Shown here in pieces: positions 11,273 to 22,147 of a DNA stretch of 64,000 nt (positions are counted from its first letter, which is position 1; each line of letters begins with the position of its first letter). Both the position numbers and the translations under genes were made by a program. Where the stretch lies: IMG/VR virus record IMGVR_UViG_3300030098_003955. The stretch is one strand, 5' to 3'. The notes beneath the pieces were generated by a model. That model did no database searches and was not told where the DNA came from. It worked only from the letters and a program-made list of their open reading frames with translations. The DNA is from a virus.

Positions 11273-13324
11273 CTATATAATCCCTCTAGTTGGGTAATCA
11301 TCATTCGGTCCACAATCTTCTGGAGTTACATATCCTTGAGCGAAGAATTTCCTAGTACAAGCTGCCATCTCTCCTTGTTCGCAACCTGCGTGGGTAATGA
11401 TGTCCATTCCAAAGAACTCACCCTGTAGTATAACATGCACTGGTATTATCTCTTTAACGGTAACTGGGTTTCCAGCAGGGAATCCATTCCTTATATGAGA
11501 TCCTTGCATGTCAGACTTTACATACTCAAAAATAACTCTTCTGCCAGTGTCATAGCTAAAGAAGTTATCACCTAAGTTTAACCCTTGACCTAGTGGGTTT
11601 TCTATAAATATTTTTTGATACAAAGTTGACATAGCGGCGTCAGAAAATCTTCCTGCTTCTACCTTGTGAGAGAGCTGCTCTACCTTGCTTTTTAGTTTCT
11701 GGTCAGAGTATGCTCCTCCCATTCCATGGCAAGGGTCTCCCATTCTTCTAGCGTAAGGAGAGCCGTTTGATGTTTTTCTGAACTTGTCACCACAATCACT
11801 GTAATCTCCACCAGCAACATAATGGTCTACAGACCTAAGTATTACTGCGTCATAAAAAGGAACACAGTTATTCCTAAAGTCTGTACAGTTTACATATGGG
11901 TTACCATTACCATCTTCCTTTACCTGACAGTTTCCTCCCCAGTCAATATCTTCAGGATCGTAGATTTCTATATCAGGATAGTGAGGACTTCTCGCAAAGT
12001 AGACGCTAAACTCACAAGGCTCGTTTGGACATACATTTCTATAAAGCCTTCCGGGATTATTGATATTACCTCCAACCCCTAAGTTGAAAGAGTTCTTGCC
12101 ATCAGGCCCAGCTTTGGGAAGTATACACTTAGTTGCTTTTGACAGGTAAACTCCATTATGCCTACCACCAACCCAAACTTTTCTTTCTCTGTCCCATCTC
12201 AAGTCGATTGGTCCGGTCTTCCACTTATCAGTCCTTCTGAGGTGACCATTCAAAAAGTGTTGCTTTGTCGTGTTTGGGATTTTACTTGGGAATGTTTGCT
12301 CGGCGATGCAAACTTCACTACTTGTACCTTTGTCTTTTAATGTATAGGTTACGGTTGAGCCATCGCTAAGAACATAGACCTTGGAGCCATCAGCATCTAC
12401 GTGCTCACTATCAACAGTTGATGACCAAGTAGAAACATCAAATCCAGTTCCTGCCGGATCGCAGCTAGCGGCTCCCGGAAATTTTTGGGAAAACATAATT
12501 GTCTTCCCGTATCGTCTACTGTGAGGGTCGCCTACCCTTAAGTCTGACTCTAGTTTGGCGTTTGGTACAGGCAGTCCTTCTAGGTCAAAGCCCCAGCCAG
12601 ACATAACCATAGGACCTCTAAAGGCAACAGGCCTAGCAGGGGAATCAGCCTTTATTGTAGTAGAACCAAACTTTGGAAGTGACGGAGACTGGTTTTTAGT
12701 TTTTTGCGTGGCTACTTCTTTAGGGTCGTTGCCAGCTAAGCTCATTTCAATTGTAGAGCCAATAACGTATGGATTTAGTACTGCACTACTAGGTAATCCA
12801 CTTCCCTGAACCATAAAGCTAGAAAAAGATTTAGTAGCATCTGCATTATTAACATAAGCAAAAGGTGTTTCAAATGAAGGAAACCTTAAATCTGTCTCCT
12901 TGTCTTTACCGCCTTCAGAGTTGAATATCTCCCCAGATAAAGTTCTTATTTTGAATCCGGCAGATATCGGTATAAATATAGAGTCTAGGGTGGCAGAAGC
13001 GCCTTGGTTGTAGTCTTTGTTTTGTAAGTAATTCTGCTCTTCTGGGTTCGCGCTTTGCGCCGCTTTATTAGCCGGAAAAAAAGTACTAAGCTGATCTTTT
13101 GTGGTTGTACCTACACTGTACTCCGCCATTAAGATAGGAACAGACGTTCCCATAAATGTAAGAACGCTAGCACCATCTGCCTTTGTTTGTGTAGGAAGTC
13201 CTGTCATCCCAGCGTTCAAAATGACTGGCGATGGTCTATAGTTAGCAGCTAAGACCACATGCGAAACATTTGACTGACTGGCATGTGTCTTCTTATGCTG
13301 TTCTACTTTGTGTATATTAGCCAT
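11273..13324 (-). CDS. Putative tail-tip/baseplate-region virion protein, Cys-rich C-terminal half
   Basis: 683-aa ORF overlapping the upstream gene by 8 nt and lying downstream of the tape measure; motifs GPMVMSGWGFDLEGLPVP and WKTGPIDLRWD. Confidence 0.7.
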   Translation of the reverse strand: MANIHKVEQHKKTHASQSNVSHVVLAANYRPSPVILNAGMTGLPTQTKADGASVLTFMGTSVPILMAEYSVGTTTKDQLSTFFPANKAAQSANPEEQNYLQNKDYNQGASATLDSIFIPISAGFKIRTLSGEIFNSEGGKDKETDLRFPSFETPFAYVNNADATKSFSSFMVQGSGLPSSAVLNPYVIGSTIEMSLAGNDPKEVATQKTKNQSPSLPKFGSTTIKADSPARPVAFRGPMVMSGWGFDLEGLPVPNAKLESDLRVGDPHSRRYGKTIMFSQKFPGAASCDPAGTGFDVSTWSSTVDSEHVDADGSKVYVLSDGSTVTYTLKDKGTSSEVCIAEQTFPSKIPNTTKQHFLNGHLRRTDKWKTGPIDLRWDRERKVWVGGRHNGVYLSKATKCILPKAGPDGKNSFNLGVGGNINNPGRLYRNVCPNEPCEFSVYFARSPHYPDIEIYDPEDIDWGGNCQVKEDGNGNPYVNCTDFRNNCVPFYDAVILRSVDHYVAGGDYSDCGDKFRKTSNGSPYARRMGDPCHGMGGAYSDQKLKSKVEQLSHKVEAGRFSDAAMSTLYQKIFIENPLGQGLNLGDNFFSYDTGRRVIFEYVKSDMQGSHIRNGFPAGNPVTVKEIIPVHVILQGEFFGMDIITHAGCEQGEMAACTRKFFAQGYVTPEDCGPNDDYPTRGII

Positions 13325-16300
13325 TGTCTTGTCTCAAGCTTCTTGGGTCTGGAAGCCTGCTTTTCTTAATTGAATCTGCTTGCTTCTTTTTCATTTCAAT
13401 CATTGTCTTCTGTATTCTTCTAAGTCTCTTTTCTTGCCTAGAATTATCACCAAACCTTATTTCTCTGGAAAGGCTATAAGTGGTTTTCATCCCAGCATCT
13501 CCAATGTCAACAGACATGTCGGTTATGTATGGGCCGTACTTAGGACTTGAGGTATTTAATCCAAATTGGATAGGTTTTCCGGGTTGGTATTTAGGTAGAC
13601 CTGCCAAGGTGACGTTTCCACTTTCATTTTGGTCTATACCAACAGTGTCAAAGTAGACTTTTGCTTTCCCAGAAGAATTCAAAATAACTTCAGATCCAAA
13701 TGCTCCCGGATGATAACTTTCGTCTATGCTGACTTCTGCCTTTCCATAGCCTTGATTTATAGCCCAAGGTCCCCATCTAACTCTATTGGAAACTTGAGGA
13801 ACAGCCGCTGCCCAAGGTTTAAATCTAGCAGCTACTAAGCTAGACTTTTCTTGCTCTGCGTCGGCTAATACTTGTCCTACATTAGGAACATTTGAGTTCA
13901 ATGATGTTAATGCTAAGTATTCCAACTTTGGTCCAAGCAATGATGCAGGGCCATCAATAGCCCCTAAGTGAACGCAATAAGACAACGTATTCAAAGGAGC
14001 AGTTAGTTCGGGATTTGATATTGGCGGGGCTATTGCGTTTGGGCCAACAGCATACTCAGAAGCCTGTGGTGAGTGATAACTTACGTTGAAGTCTAGAGCA
14101 CCAAGAGCTGGGATTTCTATTTCTTTAACAGCCCCAACGTCTGGAGATACATACTCAACAGGATTGTCTACATTTATTAAGGCGTAAGGCCTTAGTTTAG
14201 CGCACCTTACCTCATCAGTATCAACGCAGTCTACCCTAACGCTGACTTTCCTCTTTTTAGGAGCTGCGGTATCCCAGTTATAACCAGAGGCACACTCATT
14301 TGTATTAGGGTCTGGTTTTGTTGTTTTCGCAGCATCTTTCGGCAAGTTTGAATTGTCATCTTTAACACAACTCTTAAAGCAGTGATTTCCATCACCTTCA
14401 ATAAGTGAATCCGCATCCTTTTTGTCTAGCACACACCTTCCTCTGTATTCTTCAGCATGGTGTATTTCCCAGTCTGGAACATCATAAAGCCAATAGACTT
14501 TATCGGACACATTTGCCTTCACAAAGGTCTTACCATAAGTAGGAAAGCCTCTTTCGTCTGAATACTCAGCCGTCATTGAGTGATGTGTGGTATGAATCTT
14601 TTCAGGGGTTACGTTTTGGAAGTTTAGCGGTTCTAATTTTTGAGAAAGGATGTATTTTATTTTCGTGGGATATACCACGAACGGCATCAAGTTTCCTTCC
14701 CCTGTAAAGAAGTTTATGTTCTGTGGATATCTTGTATTGGTAGTATCATTATCAAACCTAACCTCGCAAGGCCATCCGTCATTCGCTATACTCCACTTAT
14801 CTTCAAAGCTATTTGCCGACTCAGGTATAGGTCTCACCCAGTTTGACATCACATTGTCATACGGCAATGGCATTAAGTAATGAGTCCCATAAAATTTAGA
14901 AGCCACTTCATTTATTAGACGAAAAGCAGTGTCTTTCTGCCACCTAATTTTGTCTTCTGGCTTTAGAGTAAAGGTCACAGGAGCGCACGGATCTCCGTTT
15001 GCCTCTGTCGAGTTTTGAGACATCGCCTCTGCTTTTGCGAACGCCTCTTCGCTATACGGACCCATAGTCAATGCGTCCATAGCATCGTGTTCTAGCTCTG
15101 TATTAGTATTGTTTTCATTTGCGTCATCAGGCCATCCCATGTATGAGGCAAGGTGATTGTCGATGTTTCTTATGAACTTCATCCATTGTTCTTGGCCACT
15201 AGCAGCAGCCCTAAGCTCTGAAACAGTCGCGTAATAGAACCTGCGGAAGTCTCCATTACCACCTGAGAATACTTTCTTAAATTGGAATGGGTCAGTTAAG
15301 GCTGCGGTCTTTGGAACTGGGTCGCCTATGTTTGCCCCTTTGTTTTCTAGCAAGGCCTTGCAAGCGACTGGATCTCTAGAAGTTCTCCAGTCTCCGTATT
15401 CACACCGATCATTGTCAGGGTCATATACTACGCAGTCATGCGGTTGTTCTGTCGTTTTAGAAACACACTTAAACGTTGCGGGATTAAAAGGACCTCCGTC
15501 ATACCCAATTTCTGACAAGTCGATTGGTATCGTGGCTGTTATTGGTTTGACTGTAGGCTGTGCAAAATCGTCTACAAGACCACCTTCGTTGTAACATCTT
15601 AGAGGATCATCATCCGAGTATTCAAAAGTATCGTCTGGATTCAGTGGGTCTAGAGATAGGTCTACACATCCTTTTTGTCTTTTTGCGTATGTGACACCTA
15701 CACTAAATACTTCAGCAACTTTCTTGGCATAGTTATCGCTTGCCAACTGAGCTGCGTCTGCCGCGATCCCAAGAACGCCACCTACACCAATTTCCGAAAG
15801 AGGTCTTTTAGCTTCTCTTTGTAGATTTTCAAGAGCTCTCCAGTCGAGAACTTCATAGTCACCTCCGACAAAGAAGTTTGCTGGCTTGTCGAGTGCAGGA
15901 AATGGACCTTTTGGCAAATTTGCATCAACAGGACGAAGCGGCATGTTAAGAGGCATATCCTGATAAAATGCTTTCATCGCGCCTATGCTCTTGAACTTCC
16001 TACAGAAAATAGAGCTTTGCCCTAAGAACTTTCTGACGTTATCTACTATGCCCATCTGAGAACCGCCCAAATCTAACTCAGTTGCATGAGAAGGTTTAGA
16101 AACACTCTGCACAGCAAAAGATCCGGGATTTAGGACAACCGTAGCTTCACTATCTGAAGACTCTTTTACAAGAACGCCACCTTCTTGCTTCCAGCATATT
16201 TCGGAGTTGTCTCCGGGCTCTTTAGCACTTAGGTGCTCCCAAGGATGAAGCCTCGTGCTATTGAAGGCGTGATAGATGTTGTCCTTCTCTATAACGATTA

Positions 16301-19300
16301 GCTTAGTAAACGAAGCTTCTGATTGAACTTTATTGAACTTAGCAAACTCTTCTTCTCTACTTGGATCACATCCACCACCATTAGGATTGATATATATGGT
16401 AGATATGTCACCTTTTCTAAATGCGAGCTGTCCTGCTTGACTTGCTCCAATTGCAGGAATGTCTTTGTCAAATCTAACAACGCAAACAGGCTGGTTGTTT
16501 AGAGGATCTGGCTGCTTGGTAGTTGCGGGACATTCGCCATTATCGTTGCTAGGATTTCCGGGCTGGATTGCTGAAAAACCAAAGAGTCTTCTTCCCGGAC
16601 CAAATCTCTTCAATGGATCTTTTAATAAGTTTGCCTCAAATGGGGTAAGGTCTACAGCCCTCTTAGCGTCGGGATTGTTTGGATCTTTTTCTAAAAGAGC
16701 GCAAGCTACGGTGACGGTATCTCTATCAATACATGCATAGTTTCTGCAAGCAACAGCTTGAGAATTATAATATGCCTTATTACTAGTCAGCCCTTCGTCA
16801 TTAAAATAAGAGCCGGGAACTATCAGTCCACCGTTTACGCCAAATACATTTTCGTTCCTAATGTCTTTATCGTAATCTCTATAAGGATCATCATCATCGA
16901 ACAATCCTTTAATAGGATTTCCTTGGACTTCAACCTTTACTTGGTTCAAGCCTTCTGTACAAACACCATACTTCAAACAAGTTTCGCCAGTGTCGTCCCA
17001 CTGAGCACAACCCTTGTCGTCCCATATACAATCCAGAGACGCTTGGCATTGGTTTTCGTTTTTAGTGCCGCATAGACTAGAAGCAGACCTCTTGTTGTAT
17101 CCCCACATTGGATACAGGTCTATAATGTTATCGCCAAGAACTGAGTATCTTGTTGTTTCTAACTCTATGTTTGCAATGTCATCAACCTTGGATAGATTCC
17201 ATAGCAGGTCTCCAGCACTCCTGCCAGTCACAGGAACTCCATCATTACAGTCGATACCTTCATTGAACTCACATCCTCCAGTATGGTCTACACACAGGTT
17301 GAACAAAGATCCAAATTCCGCGCTCGACTTCATGTCATTTAGAGAATATGAATAAATTTCTCCCAGATCTCCCTGATTTTGAAACTGTCTAGTAAAGTTT
17401 AGCCCATTGTAAGGAGCTTGACAATTTGTGTCGGTGGTTACGTTGTAGTACCCCTGTTGCACTAATTTCTTGGGTTCTCCAGCGGCATTTTTGTTTATAT
17501 TCTTGTCAAAGGTTTTCTTGCCTTCAGGACCTCCTAAAGAAACAGAGTTAAACATGTATGGAGTAGGTACGAGCTTTACGTTTTCTACTTTGGATTGATC
17601 CTGAGTTTCATCTTCATTGCTACTTTTTTCTATAATCGTAACCGTATGAAGGTTTAATTTTAGATTGCTATACTTATCTGTATTGTAAGAATCTGCACTT
17701 ATGATCGGTGCGACTGTCGGATTTGCTTCCCATATCTCTTCTCCATCTGCTAGATTGACTAGATTAGCGGGAATGGGGTCTGGCTGAAATCCAACAATCC
17801 TATTAAATACAGATGGAAGGTCGTCGATTGGTCTTCCGTAAAGCTGAGTACCATCTGTGTCTGTCGGCTCTACAAGATAGCCATTGTATGTATCGCCATA
17901 CTTTCTATTTTCTTTCCATATACCAGCACGTCCGTCGATTACGTTACCGCCCAGAGGTGTAACTCCAACGACTCTCGTTCTATGGCTCCCAAATAACATT
18001 TTGCTTTGGGTAGGATTGGCAAAATCAAAACCTATACTTGCGTCAGAAACAGAATTAAACCAAGGATTTTGATTTGCGGCAGATGTATTTGCTCCAGAAG
18101 AAATACTTACAGACTCTTCTATGACATCTCTAATCAAGCCTTCTGTTAAAGGTCTTCTTCTAGATATTAGATCTATCTTTATAATCCCAGAGTAAGGGCT
18201 ATCAACAGGAGCCTCTACCATATTTACTATGAAGTCAGCACCAGCAGCTTCGCAGACTTCTTGTATTAAAGACAGCAAACTCATTTGACTACCGTCAACT
18301 CTGAAATCGCTACTTAGATCCCCTTGCCTCCCAGCTCCAAAATTATCATACAATGTATATAAAGAAGTAAGGTCTACTGCATATCTATGGGCGTCATGTT
18401 CTCCCGGCTGTGTAGCTCCATATCCTCTAGCCCATTCTCTTAAGTCTGGACCCCAGTAAACAGGGCCGCCAAAAGGCTCTCCAAAACCGATATACTTGTT
18501 ATCTTGTACTATCCTTCCAGTTACTGGATGAATAGCATAACCCAACATCATGGTAAGGGCTGGCAAAATACCAAACTCATGCTCTAGATTGTAAAATGTT
18601 TTTCTTTTTCTGGGGTTTGGATCGTACCATTGCATTCCGGCCTCGTTAGTCTCGGCGGAACCAAACTGATTTTTTTCATAATATCCATAGACATTAAGAA
18701 CATTATAAGCACCAAGATATCCGCCCTTTTGCCCTTGCGGAAAAGTGACAGCTGGAGTGCTTCCAACAACTCCGGGAGCTTGAGGGTCAGAAAATTTTCT
18801 TATGAAAGGATCATGTATATACGGAAAGTCTGCTGGAGCCACATTTCTGTCATCGTCAGAAAGTATGACTATTACATTCTCCAGTATTGTTCTTGGGTCT
18901 TCTAGAGTAACACTAAAGGTTTCTCCGCTAGTACCCATCGACTTAGAAACACTCTTTACTATTCCGTTGAACTCTAGAACTTTTTCTATTTTATAGTCAT
19001 TCCAGTCATCACACTGATTGGGATGTGGTGGGGATGCGGTTGGCTTAATAGGGGCTGGAACGCAATCAGGGTTTTCTGGGTGATTTGCTCCGGGAGCCTG
19101 AGCATAATATTTGAAGTATGCAGGACTTCCAACTCTAGGTGAATAAAAGACATCCCCATTAGGATATCTCATATGTTTATAGGTTGCAGATTCTTCATCT
19201 AGGTTCCGAAGGCTTGTAGGAAACTGGCGTTTCGATGTTCTGGTCTGTTTTCCTTCTTGATCTACGGGAGCTCCACGATCAGTGTCGTAAAAATTTATAA

Positions 19301-19688
19301 CTGGAGAAGCTTTTATATCCCAGCTATGATAACCTTCAGAAACAGCTCCTGCGTATTGCAAAGACTCATAGTCATTGCCATTAGAGTCTGTTCTGGTAAT
19401 TACAACTTTGGGAGCACCTAAAGGAGTATTAAATTTATTGTCTGGGTCATCCTCATACTGAGTACTTGCAGCATCAAGCGCGCTGATAGAATCAATCCAA
19501 TTGCCTTTGGTGTCATACTCACCAGTAGCAGCACCTCTGATAAAGCCATCATCCTCAACAAGATTTATGTTCATCGTTGTGGAATCAGAGTTATAACCAA
19601 TACTAATATTGAAGCTGGTTATTGACGCTCCAAGGAACGTCTGTTGGAATGGTATATAGTTTGGATGATTTCCGGGGTATGTAGACAT
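13317..19688 (-). CDS. Large tail-tip (hub/central tail-like) protein, 2123 aa
   Basis: Third gene after the tape measure. Hub-like elements (FLGASITSFNISIG; FNGIVKS...FSVTLEDPR; SLLSLIQEVCEAAGADF; C-terminal ITDMSVDIGDAGMKTTY) are interrupted by Cys-rich insertions. Confidence 0.65.
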   Translation of the reverse strand: MSTYPGNHPNYIPFQQTFLGASITSFNISIGYNSDSTTMNINLVEDDGFIRGAATGEYDTKGNWIDSISALDAASTQYEDDPDNKFNTPLGAPKVVITRTDSNGNDYESLQYAGAVSEGYHSWDIKASPVINFYDTDRGAPVDQEGKQTRTSKRQFPTSLRNLDEESATYKHMRYPNGDVFYSPRVGSPAYFKYYAQAPGANHPENPDCVPAPIKPTASPPHPNQCDDWNDYKIEKVLEFNGIVKSVSKSMGTSGETFSVTLEDPRTILENVIVILSDDDRNVAPADFPYIHDPFIRKFSDPQAPGVVGSTPAVTFPQGQKGGYLGAYNVLNVYGYYEKNQFGSAETNEAGMQWYDPNPRKRKTFYNLEHEFGILPALTMMLGYAIHPVTGRIVQDNKYIGFGEPFGGPVYWGPDLREWARGYGATQPGEHDAHRYAVDLTSLYTLYDNFGAGRQGDLSSDFRVDGSQMSLLSLIQEVCEAAGADFIVNMVEAPVDSPYSGIIKIDLISRRRPLTEGLIRDVIEESVSISSGANTSAANQNPWFNSVSDASIGFDFANPTQSKMLFGSHRTRVVGVTPLGGNVIDGRAGIWKENRKYGDTYNGYLVEPTDTDGTQLYGRPIDDLPSVFNRIVGFQPDPIPANLVNLADGEEIWEANPTVAPIISADSYNTDKYSNLKLNLHTVTIIEKSSNEDETQDQSKVENVKLVPTPYMFNSVSLGGPEGKKTFDKNINKNAAGEPKKLVQQGYYNVTTDTNCQAPYNGLNFTRQFQNQGDLGEIYSYSLNDMKSSAEFGSLFNLCVDHTGGCEFNEGIDCNDGVPVTGRSAGDLLWNLSKVDDIANIELETTRYSVLGDNIIDLYPMWGYNKRSASSLCGTKNENQCQASLDCIWDDKGCAQWDDTGETCLKYGVCTEGLNQVKVEVQGNPIKGLFDDDDPYRDYDKDIRNENVFGVNGGLIVPGSYFNDEGLTSNKAYYNSQAVACRNYACIDRDTVTVACALLEKDPNNPDAKRAVDLTPFEANLLKDPLKRFGPGRRLFGFSAIQPGNPSNDNGECPATTKQPDPLNNQPVCVVRFDKDIPAIGASQAGQLAFRKGDISTIYINPNGGGCDPSREEEFAKFNKVQSEASFTKLIVIEKDNIYHAFNSTRLHPWEHLSAKEPGDNSEICWKQEGGVLVKESSDSEATVVLNPGSFAVQSVSKPSHATELDLGGSQMGIVDNVRKFLGQSSIFCRKFKSIGAMKAFYQDMPLNMPLRPVDANLPKGPFPALDKPANFFVGGDYEVLDWRALENLQREAKRPLSEIGVGGVLGIAADAAQLASDNYAKKVAEVFSVGVTYAKRQKGCVDLSLDPLNPDDTFEYSDDDPLRCYNEGGLVDDFAQPTVKPITATIPIDLSEIGYDGGPFNPATFKCVSKTTEQPHDCVVYDPDNDRCEYGDWRTSRDPVACKALLENKGANIGDPVPKTAALTDPFQFKKVFSGGNGDFRRFYYATVSELRAAASGQEQWMKFIRNIDNHLASYMGWPDDANENNTNTELEHDAMDALTMGPYSEEAFAKAEAMSQNSTEANGDPCAPVTFTLKPEDKIRWQKDTAFRLINEVASKFYGTHYLMPLPYDNVMSNWVRPIPESANSFEDKWSIANDGWPCEVRFDNDTTNTRYPQNINFFTGEGNLMPFVVYPTKIKYILSQKLEPLNFQNVTPEKIHTTHHSMTAEYSDERGFPTYGKTFVKANVSDKVYWLYDVPDWEIHHAEEYRGRCVLDKKDADSLIEGDGNHCFKSCVKDDNSNLPKDAAKTTKPDPNTNECASGYNWDTAAPKKRKVSVRVDCVDTDEVRCAKLRPYALINVDNPVEYVSPDVGAVKEIEIPALGALDFNVSYHSPQASEYAVGPNAIAPPISNPELTAPLNTLSYCVHLGAIDGPASLLGPKLEYLALTSLNSNVPNVGQVLADAEQEKSSLVAARFKPWAAAVPQVSNRVRWGPWAINQGYGKAEVSIDESYHPGAFGSEVILNSSGKAKVYFDTVGIDQNESGNVTLAGLPKYQPGKPIQFGLNTSSPKYGPYITDMSVDIGDAGMKTTYSLSREIRFGDNSRQEKRLRRIQKTMIEMKKKQADSIKKSRLPDPRSLRQDNG

Positions 19689-22147
19689 TACCAGCTAGCC
19701 TTTCCTTCATCAAGAGGTGTGGTAGTATCATAGTCAGTGATAGGCTGATTAACCTGTCTTCTGATTGGTGTGTCACTAGCAGTATGCATTTTGACTGGGT
19801 ACTGAAGCTGTGACATATTGCTATCATCGAGGTGTGTAACATCCATCTCGTATGTCCAGCTTATACTCCAAGACCACGATCCAGTCTTTGGATTCCAGCT
19901 TTCAGAAGGAGGATCGACATAATATTTACGCACGCCATTTTGGCCTTTAGGACTTATGGCATCAATGATTCCCTTTATTTTACCAATCACATCTCCATTG
20001 TTTGATGGCTTAGAAACCATCATTTGAGAAAATGTGTTAGTGCCTTGCGTAAGATTTGTGCTTATGTCATGTATTCTATTGGCCTGAGTTGGGCCATAGC
20101 CAGCACGAGTACTAGCGTTTGTGCTTTTAATCGAGTTTGCAATTGTATTCTCAGTCAATGCTTGATATCTCATGCCGACATCAACAGTGCAATCAATATT
20201 TAAAGTTCTTTTCCATTCGGTTTGAGTGCCGATGTTCTGTAGCACAGGACCAATTTTTCTACCAATGACTCCTTGAGATGCGTAAACATTTCCGGGATAG
20301 TTATCACTGATCGTTATATTTTCAGACCTAGTATTAGGTATTAAGTTCAAAGGTCTATTATTAAACGAATAGTTGTAAGTGATTGTTCCAGTAGTTGGAT
20401 TAGTAGCAACAGATTTTGAAATAGGCCTTGGGTTGAGTAGTATGTAACAACCTCCGCCATACTTGCCAATATTTCTAGCAGTCCTAACATTGTTAATATG
20501 ATTAACGACACCAGAGCAGGCAATCTGATTAGCCATGTGCTGTGCTGTCAGATAGAGCTCTTGCTGTATCCCATTAAAATGAGATAATGCCTCTTCGTAT
20601 TTTGAGTTTTTATAATTGTTGCCATCTATCCCTGCGTTTGTAAACTCGTTGTTCCTAAAATCAGCAGCAGACCCTTCTTGCAAATCTAGAGCGTCACTCA
20701 CAATCGCATCTTGAGTGTGGGAAGGATTTCCAAAGTTGGTTGCAGTTGCGTCACCATTATCTATAGCTGGATTTGCGTCAATGCCATCAATACCAGTCAT
20801 AACAGGCTTGACTAAGCCTTGGACAGATCCATTTATAGAAACAGACACGAGACCATTATCTTGTGATTCTTCAACACTTATATCAACAGTTTCGGTGACG
20901 TTTGATTGGTTTACACCGGAAGGAGCAAGTAAGTAACTCTCGGAAACCGAAAAGGCTCCTCCCATCTTGTCTACATTTTGACTTCTGCTATAGTTGAATA
21001 CAGCATATCCCGAGGGAATACTTACCCCTTGAAGATCAATCTTGTTGTTTAATGGATTAAGACCGTGACCAATAATATCAGTCACAAATCCACGAGCTTG
21101 TTCCCAAGCAGGGCTATCATATTTTTTAGCAAAGTTTTGAGCTTCTTTGCCTCTAAAATTGACGCCACTAGCGGCAAGCCAATCCTCTCCTGCGTACTCA
21201 TGGTCTGCGGAGCCAGTGCTGGGCTTTAAGAATCCCTCTGCTTGTGGCGTGTTGGTAAACTCAAACTTATTCTTACCAGTAGCACTTATTGATCTAGAAA
21301 CAGTGAAAGTTTTATATGTTCTAGAAATGGTTTCTAGAGACGCTGTGTTTAAGTTGTTTGTAAGACTGGTGTCGGAGTCGTCTTGCTCTCTCCCAGTGTT
21401 TGCCGCATTTCCAAAGTTGACTCTTTCTATTACTACCTCAGAACCTTCGGAAATATCGTATGACTCAGAAGCTCCGGTGATAAGCCACTTGTTTGTAAAG
21501 TCATCCTGATCTATCAGCGCTCCGCTAGTCGGGCCAATCAAAAAGTCTGCTTCTAAGTTGATAGTGTATTGAGCTACATATGTGTTGCCTTCTGGATGTG
21601 CTGGCAAATCAACACTAACAATTCTCGGATAGCATTTAAAACCAGAGTTTCCACCCATGCCATAGGCGTCAACGAGAAGCTCGCCACCTTCATTCTTTTT
21701 ACTGAAGAGGTTGGCTATAGCCATTTGCTTTACTTGTAATGACTTATAGTACTGGTTTATGTTAGTTCCGGGCCCATCTTCCTTGTCAAGCCCTATTGCA
21801 CCATTGTCCGCACTTGAGGCATCTGTTATTGTAGTAGTCCAATCTTGACTGTACTGGCCTCCATCATTCCCGTACTTAGTGGTGTTTGGCCTTTTCGAGT
21901 ACTTAGATGCTTCAAACTTAATGTGTTTGGTTTCATCAACATCATTGTCTCCAGTCAGGGCGAAAGACCCATTAGACAAGGGAGAGCCATGGTTGGCGAC
22001 CAATGTACCAGTTAGCGTAATGCTATATGTAATACCAATTATTTCGCCATTACCGGCTTTGATATAGTTTTTATTTAAATTTATAAAAGGACACGGCGTT
22101 ATAAAAAATGGATTAGCCTGACCGTGTACGTGGTATGAAATAGGCAT
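19688..22147 (-). CDS. Putative distal-tail/baseplate protein
   Basis: 819-aa beta-rich ORF (YSITLTGTL, YTINLEAD, TVSRSISATG, ITYNYSF) translationally coupled within the tail-tip operon. Confidence 0.55.
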   Translation of the reverse strand: MPISYHVHGQANPFFITPCPFINLNKNYIKAGNGEIIGITYSITLTGTLVANHGSPLSNGSFALTGDNDVDETKHIKFEASKYSKRPNTTKYGNDGGQYSQDWTTTITDASSADNGAIGLDKEDGPGTNINQYYKSLQVKQMAIANLFSKKNEGGELLVDAYGMGGNSGFKCYPRIVSVDLPAHPEGNTYVAQYTINLEADFLIGPTSGALIDQDDFTNKWLITGASESYDISEGSEVVIERVNFGNAANTGREQDDSDTSLTNNLNTASLETISRTYKTFTVSRSISATGKNKFEFTNTPQAEGFLKPSTGSADHEYAGEDWLAASGVNFRGKEAQNFAKKYDSPAWEQARGFVTDIIGHGLNPLNNKIDLQGVSIPSGYAVFNYSRSQNVDKMGGAFSVSESYLLAPSGVNQSNVTETVDISVEESQDNGLVSVSINGSVQGLVKPVMTGIDGIDANPAIDNGDATATNFGNPSHTQDAIVSDALDLQEGSAADFRNNEFTNAGIDGNNYKNSKYEEALSHFNGIQQELYLTAQHMANQIACSGVVNHINNVRTARNIGKYGGGCYILLNPRPISKSVATNPTTGTITYNYSFNNRPLNLIPNTRSENITISDNYPGNVYASQGVIGRKIGPVLQNIGTQTEWKRTLNIDCTVDVGMRYQALTENTIANSIKSTNASTRAGYGPTQANRIHDISTNLTQGTNTFSQMMVSKPSNNGDVIGKIKGIIDAISPKGQNGVRKYYVDPPSESWNPKTGSWSWSISWTYEMDVTHLDDSNMSQLQYPVKMHTASDTPIRRQVNQPITDYDTTTPLDEGKASW

